From Owenia fusiformis (Eukaryota): 64,000 nucleotides of DNA. The notes beneath the pieces are model-generated. The model was not told the origin of the DNA, ran no database searches, and worked only from the letters and a program-made list of their open reading frames with translations. Of this stretch, positions 1 through 13,800 are shown piece after piece (positions within the stretch are counted from its first letter, which is position 1; every line of letters begins with the position of its first letter). Location of the stretch: NCBI GenBank assembly GCA_903813345.2, contig CAIIXF020000001.1, positions 7,874,001 through 7,938,000 on the forward strand, read 5' to 3'. The position numbers were made by a program, and so were the translations under genes.

Positions 1-1218
1 GCACCTTGGGTGCTCCTTGGGCTATTAGAGAACCAATTGGGGTAACTAGGGTGCCAATAGGGGCTACTAGAAAACCAGCTGGGGTAACTAGAACAATACC
101 GGGGGCAACTAGAGAACCAGTTGGGGTAGTTAGGGTGCTATAAGAGGCAACAAAAGAACCAATTTGATAACTAGGGGTCTATTAGGGGCTACTTGAGAAC
201 CAATTGGGGTTAACTAGAGAAATACCAGGGGGGAACTAGAGAACCAATTGGGGTAGTTAGGGTGCTATTAGGGGGAACAAGAGAACCAATTGGATAACTA
301 GGGGTCGACTAGGGACAACTGGAGAACGAATTGGGAACAAGGGTGTTACTAGAGAACCAATGGGGGCAACTAGGGTGCTACTAGAGAACCAATTAGGGTA
401 ACTAGGGTGATAATAGAGGCTACTAGAGAACCAATTGGGGCAATTAGGGTGCTTCTAGAGAACCAATTTGGGTAATTAGGGTGCTATTGGGGCCTACTAG
501 AGAACGAATTGGGGTAACTAGGGTGCTACTAGAGGCTACTAGACAACAAATTGAGGTAGTTAGGGTGCTACTAGAGAACCAATTGAAGTAACTATGGTGC
601 TACTAGAGAACCAATTGGGGTAACTAGGGTGCTATTGCGGCCTACTAGAGAACCAATTGGGGGTAACTAGGGTGCTATTAGAGGCTACTAGAGAACCAAC
701 TGGTGTAACTAGGGTGCTACTAGAGGCTACTAGAGAACCAATTGGGGCACCTAGGGTGCTACTTGGACTATTAGAGAACCAATTGGGGTAACTAGGGTGC
801 CAATAGGGGCTACTGGAAAACCAATTGGGTTAACTAGAACAATACCGGGGGCAACTAGAGAACCAGTTGGGGTAGTTAGGGTGCTATAAGGGGCAACAAG
901 AGAACCAATTTGATAACTAAGGGTCTACTAGGGGCTACTAGAAAACCAATTGGGGTAACTAGAACAATACCGGGGGCAACTAGAGAACCAGTTGGGGTAG
1001 TTAGGGTGCTATAAGGGGCAACAAGAGAACCAATTTGATAACTAGGGGTCTACTAGGGGCTACTTGAGAACCAATTGGGGTTAACTAGAGAAATACCGGG
1101 GGCAACTAGAGAACCAATTGGGGTAGTTAGGGTGCTATTAGGGGGAACAAGAGAACAAATTGGATAACTAAGGGTCTACTAGGGGCTTCTAGAGAATGAA
1201 TTGGGAAACAAGGGTGTT
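1..1218. repeat. Degenerate G-rich minisatellite (core ACTAGAGAACCAATTGGGGTAACTAGGGTGCT, ~30-45 bp units) with higher-order duplication
   Basis: The core recurs about 25-30 times. The block starting at 1 reappears starting at ~747. The array runs off the window start. Confidence 0.95.
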
Positions 1219-2439
1219 ATATATTTGTATTTTTCTTGAAAATCAATATTTTATAAAAATGGGGTAGGGATACCATACTTTATCTGTATTATGAAGTAAT
1301 ATCATTTTGGAGAGACTACATAAACCTATGGTATTTATCTGCTGTTTGCACTTCATTTATTATACTTGGAAGTTTTAGTAATAATCCAGTCACTATAAAT
1401 ACATTTAGTCCTTGGAAAAGAGAATCTTGAATCTTATTTGTATAGTTATTTTACTTCAACAATAGGGCAGGTACCGCATAAATTTGACCAAATGTAATTA
1501 TATTTAGACAAATCATGATAACTATGGATGCTAATTGATCATTACACAATAAAAAATATTACATGTGAGCACTATAAACACCAACCAATATGATAAAAGG
1601 TATTATCTATCATTATTATGTGTATTTTTCTTGAAAATCACTATTTTACCATACTACATCTATAATATGGAATAGTGTCATTTCGTATAGACCAAATATG
1701 ATACCTGTGGTATTAATCTGCTGTTCATATTCCATTAATGATATTTTGAAGTTTTAGTTATAATTCAACCATTACAAGTGCACCTATTGCTATATTTAAA
1801 CAATGCGCAGTTTTATACCGGACGCCAGAAACTGGCCAAAATATGATGAAAACAAGGGAAAAATCAAATCTAAATCATATTGAAATGGCTGTACAGATTA
1901 ATGCCGCAAAGTTCTCAAATTGCATCTGGCAGATTTGAATTTAGGACACCCTAAATATACAGAAAAGTTACAAATATAGCATGCATCCAAAAGTTCCATC
2001 ATTCTTGAAAATATGGCAATATATATTGCAGGACTAATATGCAGATCACTATTGTGCATATTAACATACATGTCTTATATGTCTTATGTAAATAATGCTA
2101 ATATAGCAGAAATATGGAAATACATTAATATTGTATGTATACATTTAAAATACAATTTGTTTATTCTTTATAAACATATGATTTATCCTAAAATGGATTT
2201 TGAATAAAATTAATAGTTCTAGTACCAATATGATATTATTTAAAAAATATTAACTTCACACAGTAAATGAATACATTTGGTTTTAGTGCATTCTGCCCTC
2301 AATCCCTTTAACCTACAAATGCTTTTTCTGGACAAGTCACCAAGAAGGATACTTTTCATACCCATTTATAAGTAGACTCAAACACATTTAAAAGCTAATA
2401 CTCAAATTATTTCTAGCATCAATAATGATATTTAAATAG

Positions 2440-3080
2440 TAGTAATTCTACCAGTTTATTTATAATTATAACTAATATGTTATCATTAATATCAAAAACA
2501 TCTCAAAATTACCTAAACATTGGTTGAAAAAATATAATTATGACATCACAATAAATATGCAAATGAGCAAATAGACATATCTTGTTAATTATGAACAGGG
2601 GGCCTCAATAGCTTCATTTTGGTATATATATCATTAAAATCGGACCAAGAACATATGTACTATGTTCAAAAATATGATTTCTGATTAAATGATTAAATTT
2701 TAAAGTTGCCATGGAAACGGCTGTTTTTAGCTTTTTTCAAACCTTGCAACCAATTTATTTCGAACTCAAATGATGAAACTTAGTTATGTCTACCAATACA
2801 TTTTCAATTACAACTAATGTCTCATTATAATATCAAATATATCACCAAAATACCTCAAATCGGCTCAAGAATCTACTTATGACGTCATAATAGATATGCA
2901 AATTAGCTAATTTGCATATTTTCTTGTTTATAAACAAGGGGGCGTCAATAGCTTCATTTTGATATATGTATCATTAGAATTGGACAGATAACAGGCGTTC
3001 TATGATCCGAAAGGTGATTTCTGATTTATTGATTATATTTTAAATGGTTGCTATGGAAACGGGTGTTTTTGCAATTTTTG
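2440..3080. repeat. Two diverged ~360-bp direct repeat units, probably internal repeats of a non-autonomous element
   Basis: TATGACATCACAATAAATATGCAAATGAGC...TCAATAGCTTCATTTT...TTGCCATGGAAACGG (~2538-2720) is repeated at ~2878-3062. Confidence 0.6.
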
Positions 3081-3392
3081 CCCCAAATTCAAACTTAGGT
3101 ACAAGTGGATTTGAAATGCTGAAGTCCTTAGCTTTACAACGATACCTCATTTGTCCTTTTCCCCTTCGTGTATATTAATCACAATTTTCAGACCTCCATT
3201 CTACTAGCCATTAGTTATTAGTCATAACTATGAAAAAACTAAATATCTAAACTACAAATACTAACTAAGGCAAAAGTACAAAAATATATACGAGATATAC
3301 AAAAACCCAAAATAAAGGTAGTATACATCATGATGAAAGGACAAGGTTACAAGGTTACATTTAAAGTGTGGTGCACATACCCTGCATTCTGA

Positions 3393-4800
3393 CTACAAAT
3401 TCTTAAATGAATGATAAATGAATTTTCCAATGTGTCTTTGTAATGTTAAGTTTTTACTTGAAATGAGATTGACAAATAAATTTTCACTATAGAGGTCAAA
3501 GTTACTTAGAATTTCACGAGCCTTAGTGTACAGTAATTGTCTATGCTCATCATTCTTTGTACAAGTTAAAAGGGAATGACATTCATCCTCTATATGTTTA
3601 CAGGTATTGCATAATCTTTCCTCTCTAGGTTTTGGTTTTGGCTTTGCATGTCCACGGGGTACCATCGAATAATTTTGGCAACGTACCGGAGAATGACATT
3701 TTACTAAGAAATGGCAATAATTTAGCACAATATATTGTTTTAACTAGAGTTCTACTTTGATTTTGACAAAAGTAAGTATTCCATGCAATGGCTATTTCAT
3801 TCATGAGTTTGTAGGAATTCTGTTGGAACCCAGTTCTGATCAAGTACGAAGTTATTGAAATCGGCGCAGTCAGACTTTACTCCGAAAGATGGTTTTTCGA
3901 TTATAACTTTTTACAACATTTAAGTATAGACTTTTGAAAAAAGTACAGAATAGTCCTTATACTATTGAATAATTCTGTTATTTCTGATTCACACGACTCT
4001 GATTTGTTTAATTAAAAAAAAAGTTTAAAAAATATTACTTAGGAACGTAACCGGAGCTGGGAACGTAACCGGAGCAGATCAGTTGAATTATATAATTTAA
4101 AAAAATAAAATATATGATTTAAAGCATATACAGATATATATTAATAAATACGCATTCGAACAATCCCGTATGTTTTTAAATTAGTATATGTGCTTTAAAT
4201 CATATATTTTAATTTTTCTGATTAAATAATTCAACTGATCTGCTCCGGTTACGTTCCCAGCTCCGGTTAGGTTCCTAAGTAATATTTTTAAAACTTTTTT
4301 TTTAATTAAACAAATCAGAGTCGTGTGAATCAGAAATAACAGAATTATTCAAAAGTATAAGGACTATTCTGTACTTTTTTCAAAAGTCTATACTTAAATG
4401 TTGTGAAAAGTTATAATCGAAAAACCATATTTCGGAGTAAAGTCCGTCTGCGCCGATTTCAATAACTTCGTACTGGGTTCCAACAGAATTCCTACAAACT
4501 CATGAATGAAATAGTTATTGCATGGAATACTTACTTTTGTCAAAATCAAAATAAAACTCTAGTTAAAAAATATATTGTGCTAAATTATTGCCATTTCTTA
4601 GTAAAATGTCGTTCTCCGGTACGTTGCCAAAATTATTCGATGGTACCCCGTGATGTCTTCCAGTCTCAATCGCCAATCGATGAAAACTCATTCGAAATCT
4701 ACTTATCGCCAATCTATACTTTTTATTATCTAATTTCAAATATAATTCAATTCTAAAATCTTTTTTGAACAATTTATACGTTCAATAACACTCCATTTAA
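3393..4800 (-). mobile_element. 3' fragment of a non-LTR retrotransposon (LINE) ORF2, C-terminal Cys/His region, interrupted by a foldback element
   Basis: Minus-strand pieces ...YKLFKKDFRIELYLKLDNKKYRLAISRFRMSFHRLAIETGRH and AKPKPKPREERLCNTCKHIEDECHSLLTC... join in frame once 3653-4652 and one TSD copy are removed. The L-x-IETGR...ERLC-x2-C...EDExH-x3-C pattern is typical of LINE ORF2 C-termini. Confidence 0.75.
3653..4652. mobile_element. 1000-bp non-autonomous foldback DNA transposon, CAC...GTG termini, 5-bp TSD ATGTC (Transib/RAG-like signature)
   Basis: Inverted arms of ~480 bp (CACGGGGTACCATCGAATAATTTTGGCAACG... / ...CGTTGCCAAAATTATTCGATGGTACCCCGTG) surround a ~55-bp spacer (~4132-4186). 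ATGTC is present at 3648-3652 and 4653-4657. Confidence 0.9.
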
Positions 4801-4867
4801 GATAAGTAGACATTTTTAAGACTCTCAAAGTTCATCAACAATTACATTGTAAGTTCTTTTGTTTTAG

Positions 4868-7800
4868 CGCACTGGTGACAGCCCCCTTCCACACAGGTCA
4901 AGGTTGACCATAGTGAAGCTTGCAGGTTCTGAGAAGTTGTCAGATGAATCAATTCAATTACGTATGAGAGAGGGACCAACATTAAACAAGTCTGTCGTAG
5001 GATTGAGTCAGTATGTCGCTGCCTTGGCCAATCAGCCTTACCCCGATAGAAATGTCAGCAGCTTGTAAGTCAGGTTTTTATCATCCAACCAATAAATTAT
5101 ATTCTCCGTTACATAAAAATATGATATTTTTCAGATTTTTTCAAATGCTTGTGAAAATGAAAGATTAAGGAACAATTTCTGGGACATACTTTCAGAAAAC
5201 AATTCTTGTTAGAGCATCTAAACCTTGAATATCAACTATTAAGTACAATTTGTTGATTTGACTTTTCTAGTGATGCAAAGTTGCCGAATATTCTAAAAGA
5301 TGAGATTGGAGGTAACTGCAAGACGAGGGCTATTGTTTGCTTGAAGCCGGACTCAGATCCAAACATTCTGACTGGGATACTAAGATTTTGTTCTCAGTTA
5401 TCCCAAGTTGTTAACTTCCCTGTATTGAATGACAGTTTCACTCAGGTAGGTAATCTTAATAATCTATGACCACAATTGGAAAAATCATTTGAATGATTGT
5501 ATAGTTTGCTTTTTCTTTCCATTATTTCTTGCCATTTTAAATAGTGCACATTTTGTGATAGCTATAAGCCTCTAGCATAACTTATAACAGCTAATGTTTT
5601 ATACTGATTGTAGGCCTACCATTAAAATAATAGGATTCTAACTAAAAAAATGCTGAAACTTTGCATTATTATGAATTCAGACATGCCCATTCCGATAAAA
5701 TGGACTGAAATGTTTAATCTCAGCTCGTAATATGCTTTTCCAATGCTAAATGTTCACTGCAAAAAGTTGGAATAGCAAGGTTCTATTTAAAGCATAACAT
5801 ATTTCCATTACAGCAACTAGTGACTCAGTTTAGAGCAAAGATCCTGACTCTGAAGGGAGGTATAGGTCTGGGGGCTGGCCTACCAAACACTTACCAGCTC
5901 GGAGATGTCCAGGATGAGCTCAGGAGAATACAAACAGAAAATGTAAGATGGGACTAATTTAGTGATTAATTGCTCCTACCCTCCCCACTCTATTTCCACG
6001 TCGTCTTATGAATGGGGAGAAGGGACCATGACCCATGTTAATATTAGAAACCTATCAGCCTTACTTCAATAGAAATGTCAGCAGGTTGTAAGTCAGGTTT
6101 TCATCATTCCTATCATCCAACCTGAATTGTACATATGTATTCTATACTAGATATAGGAACAAATACACATGGAATTTTAAAAGTTATTAAGTTCTGAAGA
6201 AGAGGTTCAGAAGAGGTGACATATTGTTATAGTCTGTAGCTTTATTGTGGATGGTGTTTAGCATTTGGAGTTCAGCATCTGTAACAATTTGCGTTTGGCA
6301 TCTGTAAAAATTTACAACTTACATTGGTAATGACATTTGTTAATGCCTAATGTCTTTATCATACCACATACTTCATCTAATTTCATATTTTTGTTGCTTA
6401 TAAAGTTGGAGCTCCGTGACAGGAATGAGAGATTACATGAAAGATTGGAGCAGGTACAAGGAAGATTTGGCAACCTGGCTACCACTAAAACCGACCTGTC
6501 ATCCCAACTATTGCTCTCAGAAGAGGAAAAATTAAAGGTATGACCAGTACCAGTGCTTTCATGAATCACCAGCCTTATCTTTACCAAAGCGTTTATTTCT
6601 GACAAGACCATCTAAAACGGGTGTAAATTTTCAAACAATTTACCATGAGGTTTACATTACATACAAGAAAATATTGTTTCCAAATTATTCTAGTTCGATT
6701 TGTTTAATATGATAAATACGTGTACTGTGACAAATCTTTGAATTTTTATATTTATTCGTTGAATTTTAGGTATCTAAGACTCTCGTTGATCTACAAATTG
6801 AGAACAATAAACTGAAGGAAGAACATGAGAAGGACAAGTTTGAGTTGACAAATAAGGTAGCAATTGAATTTTACTACAAATTAGTGTTATTCAGGATTTA
6901 TTCCTTTTGGCGAAAAATTCTGGTCAAAGTTGGTCAAATCATGCCAATTTCTGTGATGTTTCTATGTTTCAAATATACTCAAATGGGTTTTCAGGATGAA
7001 TGCCTATTTTCAATATTCTCAGGCTGGTGCATCACCTACTTGCTTTGATTCTGGGGAGAATTCATTGTCATTTTTATGATGTCACCACCAGAATTCTCCA
7101 ACTTTCTTGTGGATGATGTTTGGTGGTTGGTATTTGGTGTCTGTAACAGTTGTTGTCTGTAACAAGTGGCAGGTAGTGATATTTTTGGATGTTCATGGAT
7201 TGTGTTACCCATATTGTTATAGGCACCATTTTCATGACCAGCATTTGGCATCTGTAAGAATTGTTACACTTTTACAATTTCAACCAGCAGGTAGTGACAT
7301 TTTGCCATGTTAATGATTTGTATCATTTATGTTGTCTAACCATTTACAAGGCATTTGAGATTCAATATCCTAGATTTTTAATCATGATTGTATGCATGTA
7401 CTGAATGTCTTTTCAAAATTTATTTTGATGTCAAGGCCCTTTAATAGTATTTTTAAGGATCTTCCTAAAAGATGTAATAACTTTACTTCTATCTGAATAG
7501 AAAACATATTTTACATTTTTTGTGTTTAAGATCCTTGCCTTGGAGAATGATCTTTTGGAGGTTGAACTTGAGCGAAACAAATATAAAAGTGAGTCACATA
7601 ATGCCAAAGAGAGGCTTGCAGAAATGGAAAAAGATCGCAAAGATCTTGCTGATGAATACGTTACATTGAAGACAAATTATATAGCCATTAATAAAGACCA
7701 TGAACAACAGGTAAGAAGATTTTATGATTTTTTTTAGATTTATACACAATGTACAATGTACAATGTCAATGGTTTTCCTAAACACTGAAAGGTGGAACTT

Positions 7801-10800
7801 TTGTTTTTTTGTATTTTGTTATTATCCCATCGAACGAAGTTCGGAGGGATATAGGGAACGCCTCCATCCGTCCGTCCATACGTACGTCCGTCCGTCTGTC
7901 CGTCTGTCCGTCCGGGCAATAACTCAAATACCGTTGGCCCGATTTTGTTCATATTTTGTACACATATACCTTATGGGGGTAAAAGTTCTGCTCGAAAGCC
8001 GATTTTCAAAATGGCCGCTCATTTCAATATGGCGGCCATTTTAGTGCCGATTTTACAGTAATTTAGGTGCAATATGTAAAACTGTTATATCAATATGTTT
8101 TAAATGTAAAAAAATTATAAAGGACATTAATAATGCTACAAATGTAGATATTAAAGAAGCACATGGCAGCCATCTTGAAAAATGGCGGCCTTAACTCGTC
8201 ATTTTACGATTTTTGCTATAACTCAAAAAATAGTGGAGCGATTTTATTCATATTTGGTATGTGAATACTATAAGCATGGCACACTGTCCTATGACACTTT
8301 TGGTAGAAGGCGGCCATTTTGAAAATTTTTTTGAAAAATGGCCACCATTTTAACGTATTTTACTATAACTCGAAAAGTAGTGGAGCAATTCTGTTCATAT
8401 TTGATATGTGAATACTTTAAGCATGGCACATTGTCTAATAAAACTTTGGGGAGTAGTCGGCCATTTTGAAAAATGGCCACCATTTTTATGTGTGTTATTT
8501 TACAAGTACGTGTGCGATTTTTCAAAAAATTTAGAGGTGGCTACTGAAAAGCATATTATTTCTTCTGATGACAACTTGGCTAGTGAGCAACCATTTTGAA
8601 AATGGTGGCCTTTCTGGTGTGTTGTTTTATGATATTTGCTATTCGTTTGTAAAAATGCCAGCCATTTCTGTTCGATGGGATTCGCTACGCTTTGGCGTTG
8701 CCGTTGTTCTGGTTGTTATCATTATGTAAAGGGGCCCTAAAATGAAAAATTGCTAAAATGAAAAAATTAACTCATTTTACCTTATATACAATATAGAGTG
8801 CCAAACTTGAAGAGTTGAGCATGGAACTACTGAACCTAGTCAATGCCAAGGCAACACTTCTGCGACAGATGGAAAACATGGAAAGACTCCATGGAATAGA
8901 ACATGAGGACCCTGCGGAAGAAATTGCCAGGGTCCGAGCAGTAGTCACCAGACTATCAAAGAGACCTGGGGTAAGTATATGTTGATATTTTGTAGACATT
9001 CAAATTAATACTCAATATATTCAAAGACATATCATTTCTCTTAAATTTCATCAGTTAGGTGTAACACACTCTTGTTTCAATGCTCGGGAAACCACTGACT
9101 TACTGTGTTTGTCTTTAATTTGGCGCTACTAATTTGATGTTTTGGGCCTACTGGCATCTATTTAATTTGACGGCTTTCAAGTGTCCCCAACATGCTCCTG
9201 TGTGTCCCGCTTCAAGATACTGATTGTCATTATTGTTGATGAACAATTTCTTCAATATTTCTCGTTGTTTATATAAACTTCAATATTTCTTGACCTTGTT
9301 GTTTCTATAAATTTAAATGGCCCAGCTATCTTGGTATCTTGGTAAGAAATGCACTGAATGAAAATCATGTCAAATCCCCGGGGATTTTGCCGACTTTTTA
9401 ATTTGGCGATTTTTTCAATTCGCCAAAAGGAGAACCCCTGATAAGGAGAGCTTTTTAGAAGGACATTGCTTTTAATTCTGGATGTGATCATCATGGAAGT
9501 TTAACACTACATCAGAAATGATCTTAGATATTAGGTGATCTTAGATATTCCCAAAAACAACATGTGTGATATAAAAATTGCTTTTTTAAGAACATTTTTT
9601 GCAAGGCAATGAACTCGTTTTTGGCTCACACAGTGAGCCTATGGGATCGACCATGCGTCCGTCCGTTGGTCCGTCTGTCCGTCAACATTGGCCGCACAAA
9701 TTAAAACTGCTATTCGGATTGAGTCATATCCACATTCATTTTATGCATATCCATAATGCCTATTTGACCTATCATCGCCATTTCCCAAGTTTGCCAGGTT
9801 TCAGAGAAATTGCTGATTTTGACGTCAAAAAGTCAAATTTTCTGTAAATACTTGAAGTTAAATTTGTTGAAGTACAACTTTCAAATAACTCTATAAAAGT
9901 CATTTTCAGGAAACTTTCTCATGTGTAAAGTCAATGGGAGGTTTTGTGATTGACAAGAAGTTTGCCTTATACTTGATCATTTCTTGCAATGAATTACAAC
10001 ATTACTAGATTTAAGCATTCCCTACATATTGCTCAATATATGTCAGCATCAAATTTTTACCGATTTTGAGATATTTGACGTCAAAAAACAGTAAAAATAA
10101 GTTATTTTTCAACTTGCTTCAATTTGACCAAATTTTTTTTGAAAATCATCTACAAGTTCAAGAGTTCAAATCTGACATTAGGTTTAGGATTTGACCTTTA
10201 CTTGACCTTCAGTGACCTTCAAAAGGTCAAAAAAGTTGATTTTTCAAATTGATTTTTGGATGTATATTTTGGTCAGCTTAATCACAAAAGACCTTACTGA
10301 GCTTTGAATAAGTAAAATTTTCAAGGTGAAAGGTCATCAAACTAGGTCACACAACTGTGCTATCTAAATTTCTCAAAGTTCGAGACTACAAATCCAAATC
10401 AATATTTTTGTTTGAAAGTCAGGATATACATTCCTCTGAAGGTTACAAACTGTGTGAGCACAGGACCGTGGGTCCTTTATTTAAGGTTAGACTCTTTATT
10501 TGTGGTTCAAATCTGTGTATGGCCTGATGGGATAGGATCAACGTATCACAGTTGTAAGATACCTATTTATCTGAACTGTTAGAAAATCTATGGGCGTATC
10601 CCTAGAAATATGTTTTTGAGACCTTTTCCACTCATGAGAATGACAGAATAATGAAACCAATTTGTAAAAATTCTCAAAATATATTTTTGGTAGAGCGCCC
10701 ATTGATTTCTTTATGAAAACTAAGACTTTGCTTCATTATGTTACTTAGTCACTTTCTATTTTGCTCGTACAGTAATGGGAAAGTTATTGATTTTAAGCAA

Positions 10801-13800
10801 AATGTAATGGTTAAATATGGAAAATTGAATTTTATCGCTTCACAAAAACCATTCTACAAACGCATGTTTTAATAATTCGATAAAAATATTTCAGGATGTA
10901 TAAATTCACCTCATTTTTAAAAGTATGCTAAAATTTCATGATGATCACTTCCAGAATAAAATAGTTGTGTCCTTCTAAAAAGCTCTCCTTATCGGGGGTT
11001 CTCCTTTGCCAAATTAAAGACAAATGCAGTAAAGTAAGACACAGGGTGAACAATATACAACGCTTATGGCTGGTCCCATGGGTGTTCGGATTAGACAGGT
11101 TTTACTGTAGTATTTAAATATCTAAAATGACCACCTTAAGATATGCCTTCCATGTCCAAAAACTAATCATATCTAGATTTTCATACTTAGAAACATTCCT
11201 GAATTTCAAATCAATTTTCCAGTGGTTTGTTTGAACAAGAAAAGTGAGACATCAACACCTGATGTCTTTTTAAAAAAGTCTTGATTCTGGGAAACAATCG
11301 TTATAAGCGCACATGGGCAAATAAAGCTGTGCTGTCTTAACTTGGGCGTTAGTGTTTCATACATGTCAGATATTTTGATGTGTCATTTCATTAATTTGAT
11401 GTGTCATCTTCAATGATTTATGTATAGTACAATGGAAGTTGAGGGTTCTTGTTGGGGGATGGCAAATTCCTCAACATTAAAATTTTTCAGTTGTTGACAC
11501 AGCTACTGGCATGATAATGATGATATATACATTTAATTATCAATTTTGAGAAAAGTAAAGAAAGAATATTAAAAGATGTTGTTTGGATATTAACCAAATT
11601 ACTGATCCTGATTAGATAATGAATAATCATACTTATATTATCTCAATATGAAACTGTCAATGTCATTCTTATTATTCATTGCACTTAGTTTGAGGTGCAA
11701 ATATCATAATATTTTTTGATAAAAGCAGACAATAGATTTTTTTCAAATTGAATCCACAGTGCATATTTCTGGTCAATATCTTAAAGGCAGAATCTGATCT
11801 ATAGGGGGTGACAAAATTACAAGCAACATGTATAATTGACCTGCCAATCTATTCTTTACAATATCAAATACAAGATCTCCCAAAAGATTCTTAATATGTT
11901 ATAAACTGGTGAAGTTATTAATGATTCAAAGTGCAAAATGAGTGAAAAATGTTTAAATTCTCCCAAATAATAAGAATGGTAACCATTCTTATAAAAAAAT
12001 AATACATTATTGTAAAAATCTTTAGTTTTCCTGGAATAAATTATGCACTTTTGTGATTTTTAGAAAATAGACATGACAAGGAATGACATGAGCCAAAAAT
12101 ATTCTAAAATTGAGACAATTTTTTGTTTAGCCTGCTCGCTATATCTGATTCTCTCTTTAAGTTTTTGATATACATTAGGTTTATATAGTGTTTGAAAGTT
12201 TCCTTCAATGCAACCCTATTCTTTACATGTTTCAATCCCAAACTTGTGCTTTCTCAACAAAGTATGACCATTGTGACAATTCATATTGTCATGTCAATTT
12301 GTAAATCAGTTATTTTTGACAATAGTCAGGAATGTCAAATACACTCATATCTTGAATGCCCTCTTGAAAGCTGGAAAACCGGGTTGTTGATGTTACACCA
12401 TATTCAGCAGTTGCTTCACTTATAGTTGTCACTGTTATAGGGATGCAATCATCAGGTGTTACTGTCATCTCAAAGGCAATATCGTATGCGTCACTCTGTA
12501 GCTTTGCACTCCATGTATTCACCTACAATAAAAGAAAAAACATTAACATTTACTGTAGCATACTTCTATATATATAGCAAACTGAGCTTGAAAGAGAAAG
12601 GCGCCTGTTCATTTAATATTTTTATTTTAACAAAGTGCAGTATTCATGTAATAACTGTTTCATGTTTTCTCTCTATCAGACAAGATTTTTGTAGCTTTTA
12701 AAAGTAAAATCTAACCTTGTATTCGCGAATGTAACTAACGCCTGTCAGCTACCGGATTAACCTACTGTTTTATGGCCAACTCATTTAAATATGAATGGAA
12801 TAGTGGCAGGTTCTATTCATATTTAAAATGAGTTACCCATAGAATAGTAGGTTAAATCCGGTAGACAACAGGCGTTAGTTGCATTCGAGAATACAAGCTA
12901 AGTTTAGTCCAGCAACAGTTAGAAATACCTCAGTCTTGTGGACAGAGTAGCATTTTAAGACACTGAAACTTTGATACATAGATTTGGTTTAAGTTTATAC
13001 GTTAATGCCTTATGGTTAAAGGTCATATAGGACCTCTCCTTGAGAAAGAATTCATTATCTTGTATCAAGTAGAATAATGGGTGCAGTTTTTGCTGAAAGG
13101 AGACAATACTACTGTACTACCGGCTGGTTATTTTTTCATGTAATTTTCAAAATTAGGAGTGAGTTGATGTTTTGTTCGGTGGGACTGCCACTCTGGGGAG
13201 TTGATCTTTTTCAAATTCTTACATTTGTATAGATTGAGGAGCCGCTTTAATGTAACTGCTATCACTGCTACAATACTAACCATGAAATCTTTCCCCAGAT
13301 TTTCTTGTCCCATAAAGCTTGCACTCTCTGGGATGCATCCATCAAAGTGAGGAAAGGCCTGATCGATTACATCACAGGTTCTGCCTGCTTTATTTATATT
13401 GTATTGCTTCTTTGCCACATTATCTTGTATGAACTTTATTTCTGACTTGTGTCCATTCATAGTGAAAATCCCTTCATATGCATTTGTTTTATTCCAACGA
13501 TCAAACCACCAATGGCCATCTAAAAAATTGGCCATACTTTGTCCACTGATAGTGAGGCCTTGAGTCATTCGAATATCCGCCTGCAGGATAAAAAGAAAGT
13601 ACAAAATTATAAATATATACAGGGTGGGCCAAAATTAATAGTCATGCTTAAAATGAAAATACCAGATTGTCAATCTTATATTTTTTGTCAGAGGAACACT
13701 TTTGAGTAGAATGTCCTCAAGCTATTTCCAACAAAAAATGTAATGTTAGCAGTTTCAGATGGGGGGAGGTACATTGGGTGCGTCCACAACCCCTCTGGCA

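Larger units (their letters stand above)
9103..11029. mobile_element. Tc1/mariner-type MITE (TA TSD) carrying two nested insertions
   Basis: TA|CTGTGTTTGTCTTTAATTTGGCG at 9101 and GCCAAATTAAAGACAAATGCAG|TA at 11008-11031 form imperfect TIRs. Confidence 0.65.

Noticed and set aside
1-1218. Telomeric repeat array
   Set aside because: TTAGGG occurs only as isolated hexamers within a longer unit, never in tandem.
3625-4756. Mirror-image ORFs 3625-3843 (-) and 4502-4756 (+) as duplicated genes
   Set aside because: They are by-products of the two arms of the foldback element.
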